Origin: Lama glama
Taxonomy: Eukaryota
Direction: 5' to 3'
Assembly: GCA_028534125.1 (NCBI GenBank)
Contig: CM052817.1
Span: 12,836,001-12,900,000, forward strand
Length of the DNA: 64,000 bases
In this document: in pieces, positions 38,388 to 51,540 of the stretch
Position numbering within the stretch: position 1 is the stretch's first letter
Layout of the letters: each line of letters starts with the position of its first letter
Translations under genes and position numbers: made by a program
The notes under the pieces: generated by a model
What the model was told of the DNA's origin: nothing
Databases searched by the model: none
What the model saw: the letters and a program-made list of their open reading frames with translations, nothing else

Positions 38388-39221
38388 CAGGTGGTCCCCT
38401 GACCTCCCATGGTTCAACTTACGATTTTTTAAATTTATGATGGTACAGAAGTGATATGCATTCAGTAGAAACTCTACTTCAGATTTTAAGTGTTCGTATT
38501 TTCCTGGACTAGTGATATGTAGTGCGATACTCTCCTGTGATGCCAGCCAGCCAGCCACAACTCCCAGGCAGCCACGTGATCACAAATGTAGACAACTGAT
38601 ACACTTAACAACGATTCTGTATCTATTGTGCTGGTTTTAATTTTTAATTTTTAATTATTTTTAGTTATTTTTCCCTTTTTATTGAAGTATATTTAGTTTA
38701 CAATGTCATATCAATCTCCTAGGCATGTATCTGGAGAGAACTCTAAGTTGAAAAGATACATGCACCCCAACGTTCATAGCAGCACTGTTTACAATAACCA
38801 AGACATGGAAGCAACCTAAATGTGCATTGACAGGTGACTTAATAAAGAAGATGTGGTGTATATACACAGTGGAATACTACTCGGCCATAAAAAAGAATAA
38901 AGTAATGCCATTTGCTGCAACATGGATGGACCTGGAGATCGTCATTCTAAGTGAAGGAAGCCATTGTATATTTTCACTTTCAGCACAGCTTTCAATAAAT
39001 TACACGAAGTATTAGGCACTTTATTATAAAATAGTCTTTATTGTAGATGATTTTGCCCAACTGTAAGTTAGTGTAAGTGATCTGAGCACATTTAAGGTAG
39101 GCTAGCCTAAGCTATGATATTTGGTAAGTTCAGTGTATTAAATGCATTTTTGACTTATAGTATTTTCAACTTATGATGGGTTTATTGGTATATAACCTGC
39201 TTGTAAGTAAAGGAAGATAGG
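38388..39221 (-). mobile_element. Tigger5/MER47-like Tc1-mariner MITE, interrupted by L1
   Basis: TA-flanked 'caggtggtcccctgac...' left end; right part 'gattttgcccaactgtaag...ctgagcacatttaaggtaggctagcctaagctatgat...ttttcaacttatgatgggtttat' matches reverse MER47. Confidence 0.82.
38636..38963. mobile_element. 5'-inverted L1 insertion: minus-strand 3' end (38636-38716) plus plus-strand ORF2 C-terminus (38717-38963)
   Basis: T-rich tail and 'tattgaagtatatttagtttacaatgt' joined to sense ORF2 (ORF 38827: IKKMWCIYTVEYYSAIKKNKVMPFAATWMDLEIVILSE). Confidence 0.85.
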
Positions 39222-39644
39222 TAAAGCTACCAAATATTAGACCAAAAGTTGAATCCAATCTGTCTCACCTGGAAACATAACTAAAAATTGTTAACATTTG
39301 GAATGCTTATGACTATATTAACAAGCTACACAGGAAGGAAAGGGGTGGGCACTGATTCTTTGGTCAGTAACTCTCACTCATTCTAGATTCCTTGGACCCC
39401 AGTGACTTTTTTCATACTTCTCATATTTCATAACCCAAAGTCAGATGTTAAAGCATCCTGTCTCCTTGATTGTCTCTAAATGCTGTCCTTGGTTCTTTGA
39501 AAGAAACTGACCCCACAAACTTGATTCCTAGAAAAAAATATAAATACAGGATGGTTAAGGTTCATACTCCCAGCCAGACCTGACCCAGGTTATGAGTGAT
39601 GCTAATGCATATGCTCAGAGTGAAACATGGTCCATGGAATTGCA

Positions 39645-39900
39645 CGTAGCATAGCACAGTGGTTAAAACTAAGCTTCAGGATGGGGTTGCTTGGGTTTAC
39701 ATCCCTACTAGGCTATATATATTGGATATGTAAGGTTAGCCAATTTATTAACTTATGCACCTTATTTTTCTCATCAGCAAAATATTGGTAACAATAGTAC
39801 CTAATTTAGAGGTCTTGTAAAGATTAAATAAAATGATTCATAAAAAGCATATATCACCTGATTCATGGTAATGGCTCAATGATTTTTAGTTCTTACTGTT
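39645..39900 (+). mobile_element. MIR (near full length)
   Basis: 'gcatagcacagtggttaa...ttgcttgggtttacatccc...tttttctcatcagcaaaat...acaatagtacctaatttagaggtcttgtaaagattaaata'. Confidence 0.75.
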
Positions 39901-39949
39901 ACTTTGAGGGTGAAGAGACCTAATGTGACATGCTCATGCTTTTTCTCTT

Positions 39950-40950
39950 TCATCCCCTTCCTAGCTACCTCCATCCTTACCATAACAGTACACACACAAC
40001 CTTGTGTATAGCACAATCTGGCTCGTAACTATGAAGACTTCCTGAATGGTCCCAGAAGAGTCTGAGCATGCTTCTCCCTCAGGAACTTTGCATCTGTCCA
40101 TTCCCTTAACTGGAATACTCTTTCTGCAAATAATTGTATGGTTAACCTCTGTACTTCCTTTGGGATTCTGACCAAATTCCAGTGGCTCAGAGAAGTCTTT
40201 CTTGACAACACTTTTAAAAAGGCAGCTTAATCAATTTATATCTTCTGACCTGCTCCATTTTTTTTTAGCACTGCTTGTTACTTCACTTGTAATTTACAAC
40301 CATTCATGGCTAAATACCTGCTTCACGATGTCAAAGACAGCTAGCTGCCAGCAAATCGCGCCTCTCCTCTTCTTCCTTAGCTGTGGTATCTATGTCATCA
40401 GCACAGCAGTACTGCTAAGTAAAAGACTCCATTTCCCAGTGTGTTTTGATGCTGATTATGGGCATGACCAAGTCCTGACCAATTAGGCGTAAGCAAAATC
40501 TGGTGCTGGATTCTTGGGAAGGATCCTTAAAAAAGAAAACAGACTCTCCACAAAAGTGAGTCCCTGTTGTTCTTCGACCCTTTCGAGATCCCTGGAACAT
40601 GGACATGCTAGTTGGAGCTCGAACAGCAATCAAGGATTATAAGGTGGCTTTGAGGATGGAAGCCATGTGCTCCAGTGGAGAAGCAGATGGCATGAAAGGA
40701 AACATATAAGTGAGTTGTGCTCTACCTAAATCCTTTGCTTTTATATGAAATAGAAATCCTTGCAAATTTGGTCACGCCCTTGCTGCTATTAGCTGAACAC
40801 AAATCCCTTACTAATTAATTCTTCTGTTGAAATGTAGGGTCCATGAAGGCCAGCTGTGAATTATTTGTCTTTTTTTATATTGCAGTTGTAATGCCTGGAA
40901 TAGTACTTGGCACATGGTACATCATCAATCAGCATTTTTAAAATAAATGA
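39950..40950 (+). mobile_element. L2 3' region with an inserted MLT1H/I/J-like LTR (about 40330-40810)
   Basis: L2: 'caggaactttgcatctgtccattcccttaactggaatactcttt' and tail 'cttggcacatggtac...aaatgaa'; LTR: 'aaagactccatttcccagtgt...gggcatgaccaagtcctgaccaat' and 'ttgaggatggaagccatgtgct'. Confidence 0.65.
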
Positions 40951-41899
40951 ACAAAAACAACCAAATATCCACTATATGTGTATTCCAAAAAAAAAAAAAA
41001 GATGAAAAGGATATATGTGATTTAAATGTCTGCTATCGTCCAAAAAATGATGGGTCATTAGGCATGTTTCTATTGTCACTTTATTAACTTTATTGTATTT
41101 ATTGAATGTAGCATTGTTCAAGATGAGTGTCAGGTATTCAAATAAAATAACTCTTGTCTCAGAGTCAGCATGTTGTAGCCTAGATTAAATTGATGAATAT
41201 TTTTAGTACCACCTGGGAATCTGACATTGGATTAGAAGTTTTAGGGATATAGGAGATATAAATCTTAGTTTATAAACTTGGCTGAGCCAGAAATATTATA
41301 TTCCTTTATTTTCTCTTATTCAATTTAAATATAATCTGAGCCTAGCATACATAGCTGACTAAGATCTCAGTAAGAGCTATAATAGGAATTCCCTTCCACT
41401 CCAAGTTTGGCCAAGATCTCAAGCTCTGAAGCATATCCAAAGGATTGGGAGGTCTTTCTGCTCAAAGTCCTTTTGCCCATCCATGTTTCTGTTATGACCT
41501 CCTCGTCTCACAGCCCATGATTCCTTTAGATTCAGCAAACCACAGTTATCAGAATCCTTGAAAAGGCACAAGTTCTTAGATCAGGGTGATCTGCAGGGAC
41601 TGCTACACCCCACTGGGTCCTTCCACCTAACCCCTTCCCCTCCCCACCTACTGGAAATCGCTCTTCCCATAGTCCTCTGGTCCACATAACTGCTCCCTGT
41701 CCTACCTCCAGCACACCAAAACCTTATATTTTTTGCAAAACATAGGAGGAAGAATTGTTCATTTCAAGCAGCTTCCGCTTCCTGGTCTATAAATATTACA
41801 GAGGCAAAGACTTAAAAAGAAAGAGCTTGCAGGAAAGCAAAGAAGGGAAACAATACAGACAGGAAAATAGAAATAAATCTCTCAGAACAATTTTGTACC

Positions 41900-42085
41900 A
41901 CATGAAGATCATTTTGAATTCTCCCATTGACCTATCAAGAAGAGATAGTTTTTCCCACTATACAGATAAAAAAAAAAATCAAAGCTCATAAATCTAAATG
42001 AGAATGTGGTTGGAACGTGACTGAGTATGGATTTCAACCCAAGCATCTTTATATTTAGAAGCTCTGCCCCTCTTTCCACTAGGAC
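41900..42085 (-). mobile_element. MIR fragment
   Basis: 'tcccactatacagataaaaaa...gatttcaacccaagcatct...tctttccacta'. Confidence 0.55.
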
Positions 42086-45000
42086 TGTGGTTTTCAGGCT
42101 TTATTCCATAGCATTTTAGTGGCCCATGGAATTTGTCAGGGGAAACCAAGGTTCTCAGGAGAGTTTTGAATGCACATGCCTCCAAGGTGGATTCTCTCTC
42201 TTAATCAGAGCAGTTCTGCACCTATCTGCTTAGCCGTTGTCCATGCAATCACATAATACAGTAGATCCCTGTTGCTTAAGGCAGTACTTTAATCTTTGTG
42301 CCATTATTTTTTTCCATTTTCCTATGCAGCTATGTCATTTCTGCACACATATCACAGATAGCTCAGAAAAATTCTTCAGCAGTCTACTTCAGCATTGTGT
42401 AAGGAATATCTAAGTAATTATTTCCTAGTATTAAAAGGCCCAAGTTTGAACCTAATATGCTTTTATTTAAAATTTTGAGCTGGTTTAAAGTCACTCTTAC
42501 ATTACGTGTCCTCTCACTCATATTTTATCTGCATAGGCTCAGTGAGAAAGAGAGATGTATCTATCGAGACTATGCCTGGGAATTCAGCATCACCAATAGG
42601 AGCATGCACACTGTATTACTCAAACATGTGAGTGCCTTTGATCGTGTAAATCACAGTTGAAAAATTGCCAATACCTGCTGCTTGGAACCCAGGATCACAG
42701 TAAGAAGAAAGGTCTGTTCTTGTATTTTTAGTAGCTTGGGTTTCTCCAGCTGGCTATACTGTCAGAAGAGATTGGAGCTCTAAATCCATATTCTTCTGGT
42801 CCACCATGGTTATAAAATCATGAAATATGATATTCTTGGAAGATGAAGGTGTACTTAAGAGTATTTCCATTGGATTAGCAATTTTAAAATGCCATGAAAT
42901 TAAAGACTTCCCATAGGAAAATGATCTTCCTAATCCTAGAGGAAAGAAAAGTGTTTGAGTTGGCCCCATGTAGGAAGACATCTTCTCAGATAATACCAAA
43001 GTTTCAAACCGGAGACCATCAAATAGCGGCATTGTACAAACAGGTCATATGTTACTTTCTCTGCTTCCTAAATATACTGTGCCCTGGGCTTAGGAGAAGT
43101 ACTGGCAGTTTATATATTTCTTTGGCTTGTGTTCAAAATAAAATTGGTAGAATCCATCTTCTTTTCATCCCCCTCAGCTCCTTCATCTAAAATTAGGCTT
43201 TTACTTGAACAGAGTCTTTGGCTTTATTATTTATTCAAAACATTAAATACCAAGGGCAAAATCCAAGCAGGCCCATTTTTTATATGGTCTGGAAATAATG
43301 ATGCACACAAAGGCTGATAGGTTGACCAAGGATATACCACCACATAGCATCAGAGCCTAAATTTAAACTCAGTCTGACTCTGAATCAATGCCCTTAGCCC
43401 CTGTGTAATTTTGGCTAAGACTGCAAAGCAGCAATAGTTTCAATAGAATGTTAACTGGATTTAGGCAGTTTGAATAACCCCTCCAAGTGACACAATATAT
43501 TCCATTTAACAAGAATATGATGAAAATTAATTCCTTTGCCTTCCCTATTCTGGTGGCTAATGTTAAACTATGCATAGAAAGCATGCGATACACACTTCAT
43601 TGATTAATTATTTAAAGCAATTATTTATCATACATTCTTTTGCTTTTTAAATATTCATCCATTCACTAGGCCTTGGGGATACAAAGAAGAATTGTAAGCA
43701 GACCATGGTGTCAACGCACTGTGCAGAGGTAGTTGCTGGGGGAGGAAGAAGCTGAAATACAGTCTAGACACTATTACCAACAGGGCACCCAAGCGACTTA
43801 AGTCACCAGAGAGCATGTTTTTTCCTGATTCTCCATTTGGCTGATTCCATGTGCCACAAAGGGACTTATACTAGTAGTTTCTTCCCTGCCAACGAGGTAT
43901 CTGCCAACAGGTAAATCCTGGCCAAGACCTCTCCAACAATTCCACATTCACATGCATTCCTACCAAGCGCCACTCTACCAATACTAATAGCCCCCTTTCC
44001 CGACCAAGGTTGGTCACCCTGCTTCTAAAATTGATGTGATTATTTCTGATTCCACATCTGCTCATGCCAACTCTCTTATCTGGTGTATATTTCGTTATTG
44101 TATCTTTCTAATTAAATCCTAACGTTTCATTGTTCAGAATCTAGTTCAATCACAACTCATTTCCCTCTTTACCCCACCCCATAACAATCCATCATTTCCT
44201 TAATTTCTTTGTCATTATAATTTATTGTAGCAATTAATTATTTGCAGGGTGCTCATCTCTGCAACCATGTAGTTTCCTCAAGTATGTGGGGTTTATCTCC
44301 TCAGCTAGATAAAATGTTCATGTCATATATTCTGAAAAATCTATTAATTCATTTTAACATCCAAAGATTTTACTAAACATGTATTCAATCTCATTGCCTG
44401 GCAATAAAAGTATCATTCTAAGAACTAAGAATACACCTAAAAGTATAATAGCAAGAAACACTGTGCATTTAAAGAGAATTTCATAAATATTGTTATATTT
44501 ATGTGAAGCTGATCGAATAAATGAATTAATGAACAGTGGTTAGTCAACAGGTCAACCTGGAAAGACACACTCCAATCTGGTTATTCTAATCAAAATTCTG
44601 TAAGGGCAAAACAAGAAAAGTAAAATAAAAAGTACCATACTCCCAAAACTAAAAAATGCAATTAAAAATATTTTCCAATTAGTCATTAGTACCTTTCCCT
44701 CTTCAGAAAGGAAGACACATGTTGGGGCAATCTCAAGGATCCACCAGTTCTCTATTTGCAATGGAGATCACTCATCTTCGAGTGACAGAATATGTAAACC
44801 AGGTCTGTTAAGCATTAGAAAGGTTTTGTTGTGATTAAAAAGACATTCTTGTTTGTGCAAGTGAAATTGGCCTTTTTAATTTTCAATACCTTGTAATGAT
44901 ATGATGTGTTCTGCCCTGTATCTATGACTTTTTCCAAATCACCACTCCTTCCTGGTTAATCTCCTGTCCATCTATTTATTCTCCCCTACGAAGATCACTG

Positions 45001-45634
45001 TTACAGTCTTTGGACAGATCCCACTCTGCCTTTAAGAACACTGCAGCCATGAAGATCACACCATTTATAAAGACCTTCTTTTATCAGGAAAATCAAGACA
45101 ACAACATTTAGGAGTCTAATTCCTTTAGTAATAATCTCTTCTTTTTATTAAGAAAATGGAATCAGTTTTGATCAAGGTGGAAAGTGTTTAGAAAGGCAGT
45201 TATTTGGGGCAATGAGAAGGAAGAATGTGGGAAGTATGTATCATTCATTCATTCTGTTCATCTGCAATATTTTAATCCTGAATATATTATTCCTTAAAAA
45301 AAAGCAGTATCTTAAGAATTCACTAGTTGCCCATCAGATGGGAGAGAAGACTAATATTGGGTTCTCCCTGTATATTGATGTTTGCCCAATATATTAGAAC
45401 TCCTTTTGTGGAAAGATACTCCCACTCAGTTCAGATTGATTTAAATATAAGAGAAAATTATTTGGATAATGAAACAAAGTGTTCATGTTCTTGCTTCACT
45501 GTGGCATAATACCTTTAGGAACCTGTCTCTTTGTGTCTCTCAGATCTATTTTTCCCTGTGCTGGATTTGTGTTAAGACATGATCCCGTTATGGTAACACC
45601 AAGATGTTTCAAGATGCTATATTATTATCTGTAG

Positions 45635-45840
45635 CAGAGGCCAGCAAATACAGCCCATGGACCAAGACTGGTCTGAAACCTGTTTTTTATAAATAAAGTT
45701 TATAGGAACACAGCCAGGCTTATTAGGTTATGAGCTGGCTATGGCTTCTTTTACACTACAAGGCAGGGTGAGTAGTTACAGTAGAGATCAAATGACTCAC
45801 AAAGCCTAAAATATTTACAGGCATAGTGAGCTGACCCATG
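45635..45840. mobile_element. MER58A hAT-Charlie MITE
   Basis: 'cagaggccagcaaatacagcccatggacc...tgttttttataaataaagtttataggaacacagcc...gagtagttac...cacaaagcctaaaatatttac'. Confidence 0.8.
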
Positions 45841-46104
45841 AGCTGTAACAACACAAAATGAATTCTCTTTTACAGTATGTCTCCACAAAAATCGTGGATT
45901 TATGTCTCATTTGTGTTATATGTCAATCTCTGTCTCAGAAACAATGACCAAAGGTTTGGTCTTCCATAATAGGCCAGTCTAGGGTCGTGTGCCCATGGAT
46001 GGAGCTGAGATAGAGCCAGCCTCACCGCAACTGCATAAATTGATGGTGAGGAAGAGGTCACTTGCAGAAGGTGCAGTCATCACTTGAAGAAAGAGTGGCT
46101 TCTG

Positions 46105-46315
46105 GGTGTGTGAGTTTGCTAGGGCTGCCGTAACTAAGTCCCGCACATTAAGTGGCTTAAACAACAAAAATGTATTGCCCTTTTGCTCTGGAGGGTAGAA
46201 CTCCGAAACTGAGGGGTTGGCAGGGTTGGTCCCTCCTGAGAACTGTGAGGTAGGAGCTGTTCCAGGTCGCTTTCCTTGGTTTGTATGTAGATCTTCTCTC
46301 TGTATCTCCTTACAT
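46105..46315 (-). mobile_element. Partial MLT1B/C LTR
   Basis: 'gagtttgctagggctgccgtaactaagtcccgcacattaagtggcttaaacaacaaaaatgtatt...gcagggttggtccctcctgag'. Confidence 0.75.
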
Positions 46316-46387
46316 ATGGTCCTCATTTTGCCCCAAATAAAACTTAACCCACAACTCTCACATGGTGTGATTGTACTTTAGTTGACA
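46316..46387 (+). mobile_element. Short ERV1-like LTR 3' terminus
   Basis: 'gtcctcattttgccccaaataaaacttaacccacaactctcaca...ttagttgaca' carries a polyA signal and a terminal CA. Confidence 0.5.
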
Positions 46388-46389
46388 AA

Positions 46390-46890
46390 TCTTTACAACA
46401 ATCATATAATATTTACGTTACTGTTTTCAGTTATGGATGAAGAAAGAAAACAGAGATTTTAGGGAGACAAGACTTGGAGAATTTGTGATTCTACCAAATC
46501 CCATGGCAGTTAAGAGGTAGAGTAGGAATTAGAAATCATGTCTCTGTGAGTCCAAAGCCCATATTCTTGGCACTCGCCTGCAGGATGGCAAGTGGGTCAT
46601 TAAATAAGATGTGGACGCAAAGTGCTCAGGTCTTAGAGAAAGCGAGCAGCAGCAGAGAAGTGGCAGGTGTCATAAAAAGATGAGAGACTTTGTGGCTGGA
46701 CTTCTATTGTCTAATCATTGGCCACTTCTATGACTCAGGACAGCAAACTTAATCAAACTTCAATCTGCTGTTAAATAAAATGAAGATGATGAAACCTGCT
46801 TCATAGAGTGGTCATATAGACCAATATAACACAAATAAAATGCTTTGAACAGTGCCTGGCAAATGAACACTAGATATAGTTGTGGTCATT
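46390..46890. mobile_element. Two MIR fragments in opposite orientation
   Basis: 'ggaattagaaatcatgtctctgtgagtccaaagccc' (minus) and 'taaaatgaagatgatgaaacctgcttcatagagtgg...aacagtgcctggca' (plus). Confidence 0.55.
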
Positions 46891-49389
46891 ATAACAAGTA
46901 TTGTGATTTTCAATGTCATTAATATTCTTTCCTCAACAATGTATTAGGTTGAATTTAATAAATTTACATGGGAAAAACATGTTATTTCATGACTATATTG
47001 ATTCCCTTATATAATTTCAAAACCTTTCCAAAAATAAACACATACATTTATGGAGTTTTTAAAAATACATGGTAGATATGCATATTTAACTGTAAACATA
47101 AGAAAAACCATTTACCAAATGTTTACAAGAAGTCCTGATTGTAATGATACAAATATCTCCTGACTTCTTACAGAATGAAATGTCACTTTTCACACTTTTT
47201 CATACTAAAGGAGTTTAATATCATAAAACTACAACAAAAATAAAGTTGTAAATACTCTTTTTCTTTAACATAAAACCAAATATTACTAAAAAAATCTTTA
47301 GGATTCTTTAAAAATTTATAATCTAAATATATGGCTATAGAGGACAAGAAAACAATTGGTGGAGGTGTTTCCACAAATGGGTTATTTGAAACTGGTAAGA
47401 AATAAGGGGTAAACAGATCATTGTGTTATACTGAAATAAATAAATAAGATTTCTTAGTCAACTGTTTCTAGATTTTGAGGTTACTATGGGTTTATGCTTT
47501 GCTGTGAGAAAAATACAGTGACTTTGTTCTGTTTATGGTTCTGAAAGATGATGAGACTGTCCTGAACATCTTTTTCCACTCAGAAACTGCGTCCTGATAA
47601 GAATTTACTTAAAAGAGTAATAAATAGTTCTGTGTTTCAGTAGAAAAGAAAATGTCATCAATTTAAGTGGAGGAAAAAAGCAGAGCAATTACTATAGACA
47701 AGTGGGTGGTCTTTTTCTCAAGTCACAACTTGGAGTATTGAGACAAGACCAAGAGAGAGGCTGTACCATTGACCAATTTTTGCCAAAGATCAAATGAAGG
47801 TGACATTCCCTTGAACGCAGTATCTTCTCCAACATGTTCCAAACTAGACCCACTGGACTGTTAGCTTTGATTAAGAAGAAACCTTTGCATAAATCAATTA
47901 TAAAAATGCAAATGACCCTCTGAACAGATGGCTTGTCCCTATAATCTCCCCCCCAAACCCAGGATCTTTTCTCTAAATTGCTTGTATATGTTCATGTACT
48001 TGTTTGTATTATTTGAGACAATTTAATTCTAGGTGAAATGTGCTAAACAACTATGTAAAAATTAAAAGAAGTTTTAGAAAGTCTGTGGCTACCAAAGCAT
48101 TATTGACATTTACCAGGAATATAAAACTTATGAAGATGATGGATGCACTTACAAGTTATAAAACACATACCGTTTTATAGGCCCATTGAAGGAAAACACA
48201 ATTGGGAACCTTGGTGCAACATGTCCCTCTCAGTAATGGATAGCTGATGCTGATCGTGCTAAGCCTCTAGCTCATTCTGCTTAAAATATAATTTTTGAAC
48301 CTGTACTTGTGTTCTTGGCTTTCTTATGAACTCATTAGGGAAGTTCAGACCCAAACCCACAAGTTTCCCATCATGCAGTTTATTCCTTCCCTTCCCCCGG
48401 CCTTGGCATATGCCCTTGCCTTATTATTTCTGACTTTGTTTGTGAACGTCTGGTGGGAAAGACCTCAGAATTGGAAGTTCCAATTTCTTCTAGTTCTATT
48501 TCCCCTAATCCCCTTTTTCACCTATTGTTTTGCTTTATCTCTAGATTAAAACTTTCTAAATCAACTTTTAGAAAATGGCATGGCCCTCCAGGAGCTAGGA
48601 ATATGGAAGAATGCAAAGAGAGGAAGAGGACGGATCAACAGCTTTGGTTGTTAGTTGGAATACGTAGCAGAAGAGAACCCCTACCAAACGAGGAAAATGG
48701 CCCCTAGCCATCCATGACCTGTGCTGACGGCTCCCTCAGTTTGCTTCCCACCCCAAAGTTCCATGGAAATACATCTATCTAAATCAAAGAAGCTGAAACT
48801 TGTTTTTTGAGTTAAGCTTTCTTTTAAATACTGTATGTCAAATAGGTTCAAAGTATAATTTACATTTTTGCTCCCAGAGTGTTACCAAAGGAGGGAGAGA
48901 GTAGGTTCCACGATCATAGACTGCATAGTCTTAATCGATACTTACACGCTAGTTACATTTCTCCGAGATTAAGGCCCTCTTTAAATTGGGATATTGTTTT
49001 TGTGTCATTTCAGGCTTTTGGAATCTAGCAGAAAGCAAATAACCACATGTGCAGACATTTATGAGATGAACAGTCTTATTCATTGCCCCCTCAAAAAACT
49101 ATACCCCATAATAAACAGGCAACTTTGGTTTTTCCCTAGCCTGCTTTGCATAAGTGTTACAGTCCTACAAGCATTCTTGATCCAAATAATTGCTATGTGA
49201 CTGCTATTCGCATAAACAGTACTAAAATTTCAGTTTCCATCCAGCAAAAACATAATAGAATGATCATATTTCAAATCTGACCTGTAAAGTTTCTGGGATG
49301 TAAAATTAGAGCAGCCAAAGAAATGTGCTCTCAGAACTCCCTTTAAAAGAACCTGCTTCAAGGAGCACGGTTGAATGGCAGCTTTCAGC

Positions 49390-49760
49390 AAAGACCCATT
49401 CGGATTTATTAGGGATAACACCTGTGAAGGATAAAGGACGAGGAAGCAAAAATGAGCAGGCAGAGCCTTCAGACTGTGATGTGGGTCTGACCCTTGGGAA
49501 AGGAAATAAGAAGGAAGAATGACTGGGTAGGAAGAACCTCAGCTGGACGTACAGTCCGTGTGCTTCATTCATTATGAAGCCAGACCCCCCTGGGCTGCTC
49601 CCAGCCAGTGACTGAGTGCACTAGGCTACTGGGACCAGTCTATTTCTTCCTGAAGTGAAACGCCGGCTCAGAGACTCCCCATCAGACTCTTGGAGGTGCT
49701 CTCAGAACTGCCTATTCGTTACACACAACACTGTACACAACACAAATGTACTGTCAGTCC
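49390..49760 (-). mobile_element. ERVL LTR (LTR33/LTR41-like)
   Basis: 'agggataacacctgtgaaggataaagg...gagccttcagactgtgatgtgggtctgac...gggtaggaagaacctcag'. Confidence 0.6.
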
Positions 49761-49799
49761 CAGTGTCTTCCCTCAAGGAAAGCATCAAGAAGAAAGATT

Positions 49800-51540
49800 C
49801 ATGTTCACTTATTCATTCATTTATTCATCCATTCAATCAATAAATATTTATTAGAACACGTATGCAGGCCAGAGATAGAATTCCATATCAGAATGACAGG
49901 GTCTCAGTCATTGTAAAGCTCGCAGTCAAATGTAGTCAATCTTAAATATTTCAGTTCTTGTGAATGTGATCAGTGCTGTAGGCAGTGTCCCCAGAAAAAT
50001 GTCACATGCATGGATGCATATAAGGAAATTCTGCATAAATATGGGAGGTTTCATGAGCAGAATCGAGTTCCTTTCATAAGCAGCTTGAGTGTCTGCCTTT
50101 CTCCTGGGTCCATTAGCTCACATGGCAATCCTGTCCCAGTCACTAGACTCCTGCCATGTCCTTCCACACCAAAATTTCGGCTTTTGATAAGTTTCCTTTT
50201 ATTTCTTTTCTTAGGGATTAGAGCCTGGCTGCTCCTGAATTGCTACATTGCTTTCTGAGGTTTCCTTTCATGGCTCCCAATTATTATTTCTGACCTACAT
50301 CATTCCAGTAACTTCCCAACTCATGCCCTTTTTCTCCAGGGCCTCTCCATTCCATTTGGCCCCATTCTGATGTCCGATGTCCACTCCTGAAGCACAGATT
50401 TGGTAATGTCCCCCTTTAACTCAAACATCTTTCCTGCCCCCCATGCCCACAGAAGTATGCCTGGAAAAGTACGTGATGCCTCCCACACAGCCAATCCACT
50501 TCACACTCTATTCCTACACAACTCCTGTGCAGGAAATCCACGCCCAGAGAAACTCAGGTCTTCACTTTTCATCAGAAACAAGGTTCATGTTCTTGCCTTA
50601 ATGCCTTTTCTCACCTAAAATATCCTTCTGTCACATTTTCTACTGATCTCTGCCCATATGTCAAAGCCTAAATCAGGTGTCCACTCCTTTAACACATACG
50701 AGGAAGATAAATTACTATTAGGGTAGAAATCAAAGTGGTTATGTGGGAAGAGAAAGTAAAGAATTCATGTAAGAATTATGTTAAGAGTAGAAGTAGCCAT
50801 AATTAGTTTCTTATTTTAAACATGAGGATTAATTTTAAATACTAACAAAATAAACTGCTCTTGTTTAGCACCTGTCCTGTCTCCAACTCAATTTACATAT
50901 GGGAAAATCAATGCTTACAGATCTTAGTAAACTATTCAAGGCCTCATAGGATTTAGGGTAAAGTTAACAATTGAATGCAGGCTCATTTAAAAGTTTACAG
51001 TATGATCCTAACCATGAGTAAATGACTTGAAGTTTTGAAGCCTAAGCAAATTTGTTTCTTTATGAGAGAAAGAAACAACAAGGATTTTTATCTTTGAAGT
51101 GTTTAATTTTGAAACATTTAAATAACATTGAAGAGGAGACATCCACTAGTCAATTGCAAACATGGGAATAGAACTTGGGAAAGAAATCACTAATATAGGT
51201 CATGATTTGAGTTATTTATATGATGGTAAGAGATAAAATCCTATGGGTCGATGTACCACCAAATGAGAAAACAAATACAGAAAAGAGAAGGAGACCGGAA
51301 GCTAACATTTTGGAAAAAACTTCCATGAATGATAATGAGGAAGAGATTGAACGAGAGGAGCCAGTAGAATTTCAAGACACACATGGGCTCCAACAGCAAC
51401 ATAATGTTGTAAGATGGAAAATGAGTTGGTGGTCTATGTTCAGGGGATGATGGAGATTCCTGAACAAGGAGTTGTAGCAGACCAGTGGGAGCAGGGCCAA
51501 ATGGAAAGAGGTTAAGGAGTAACTCATATCAAGGTTTTTG
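49800..51540. mobile_element. Cluster of L2 fragments (both orientations) with a MIR remnant
   Basis: (ATTC)n 'ttcattcatttattcatccattcaatcaataaatatttt' at 49810; L2-like 'gaagaggagacatccactagtcaattg' near 51130. Confidence 0.5.
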
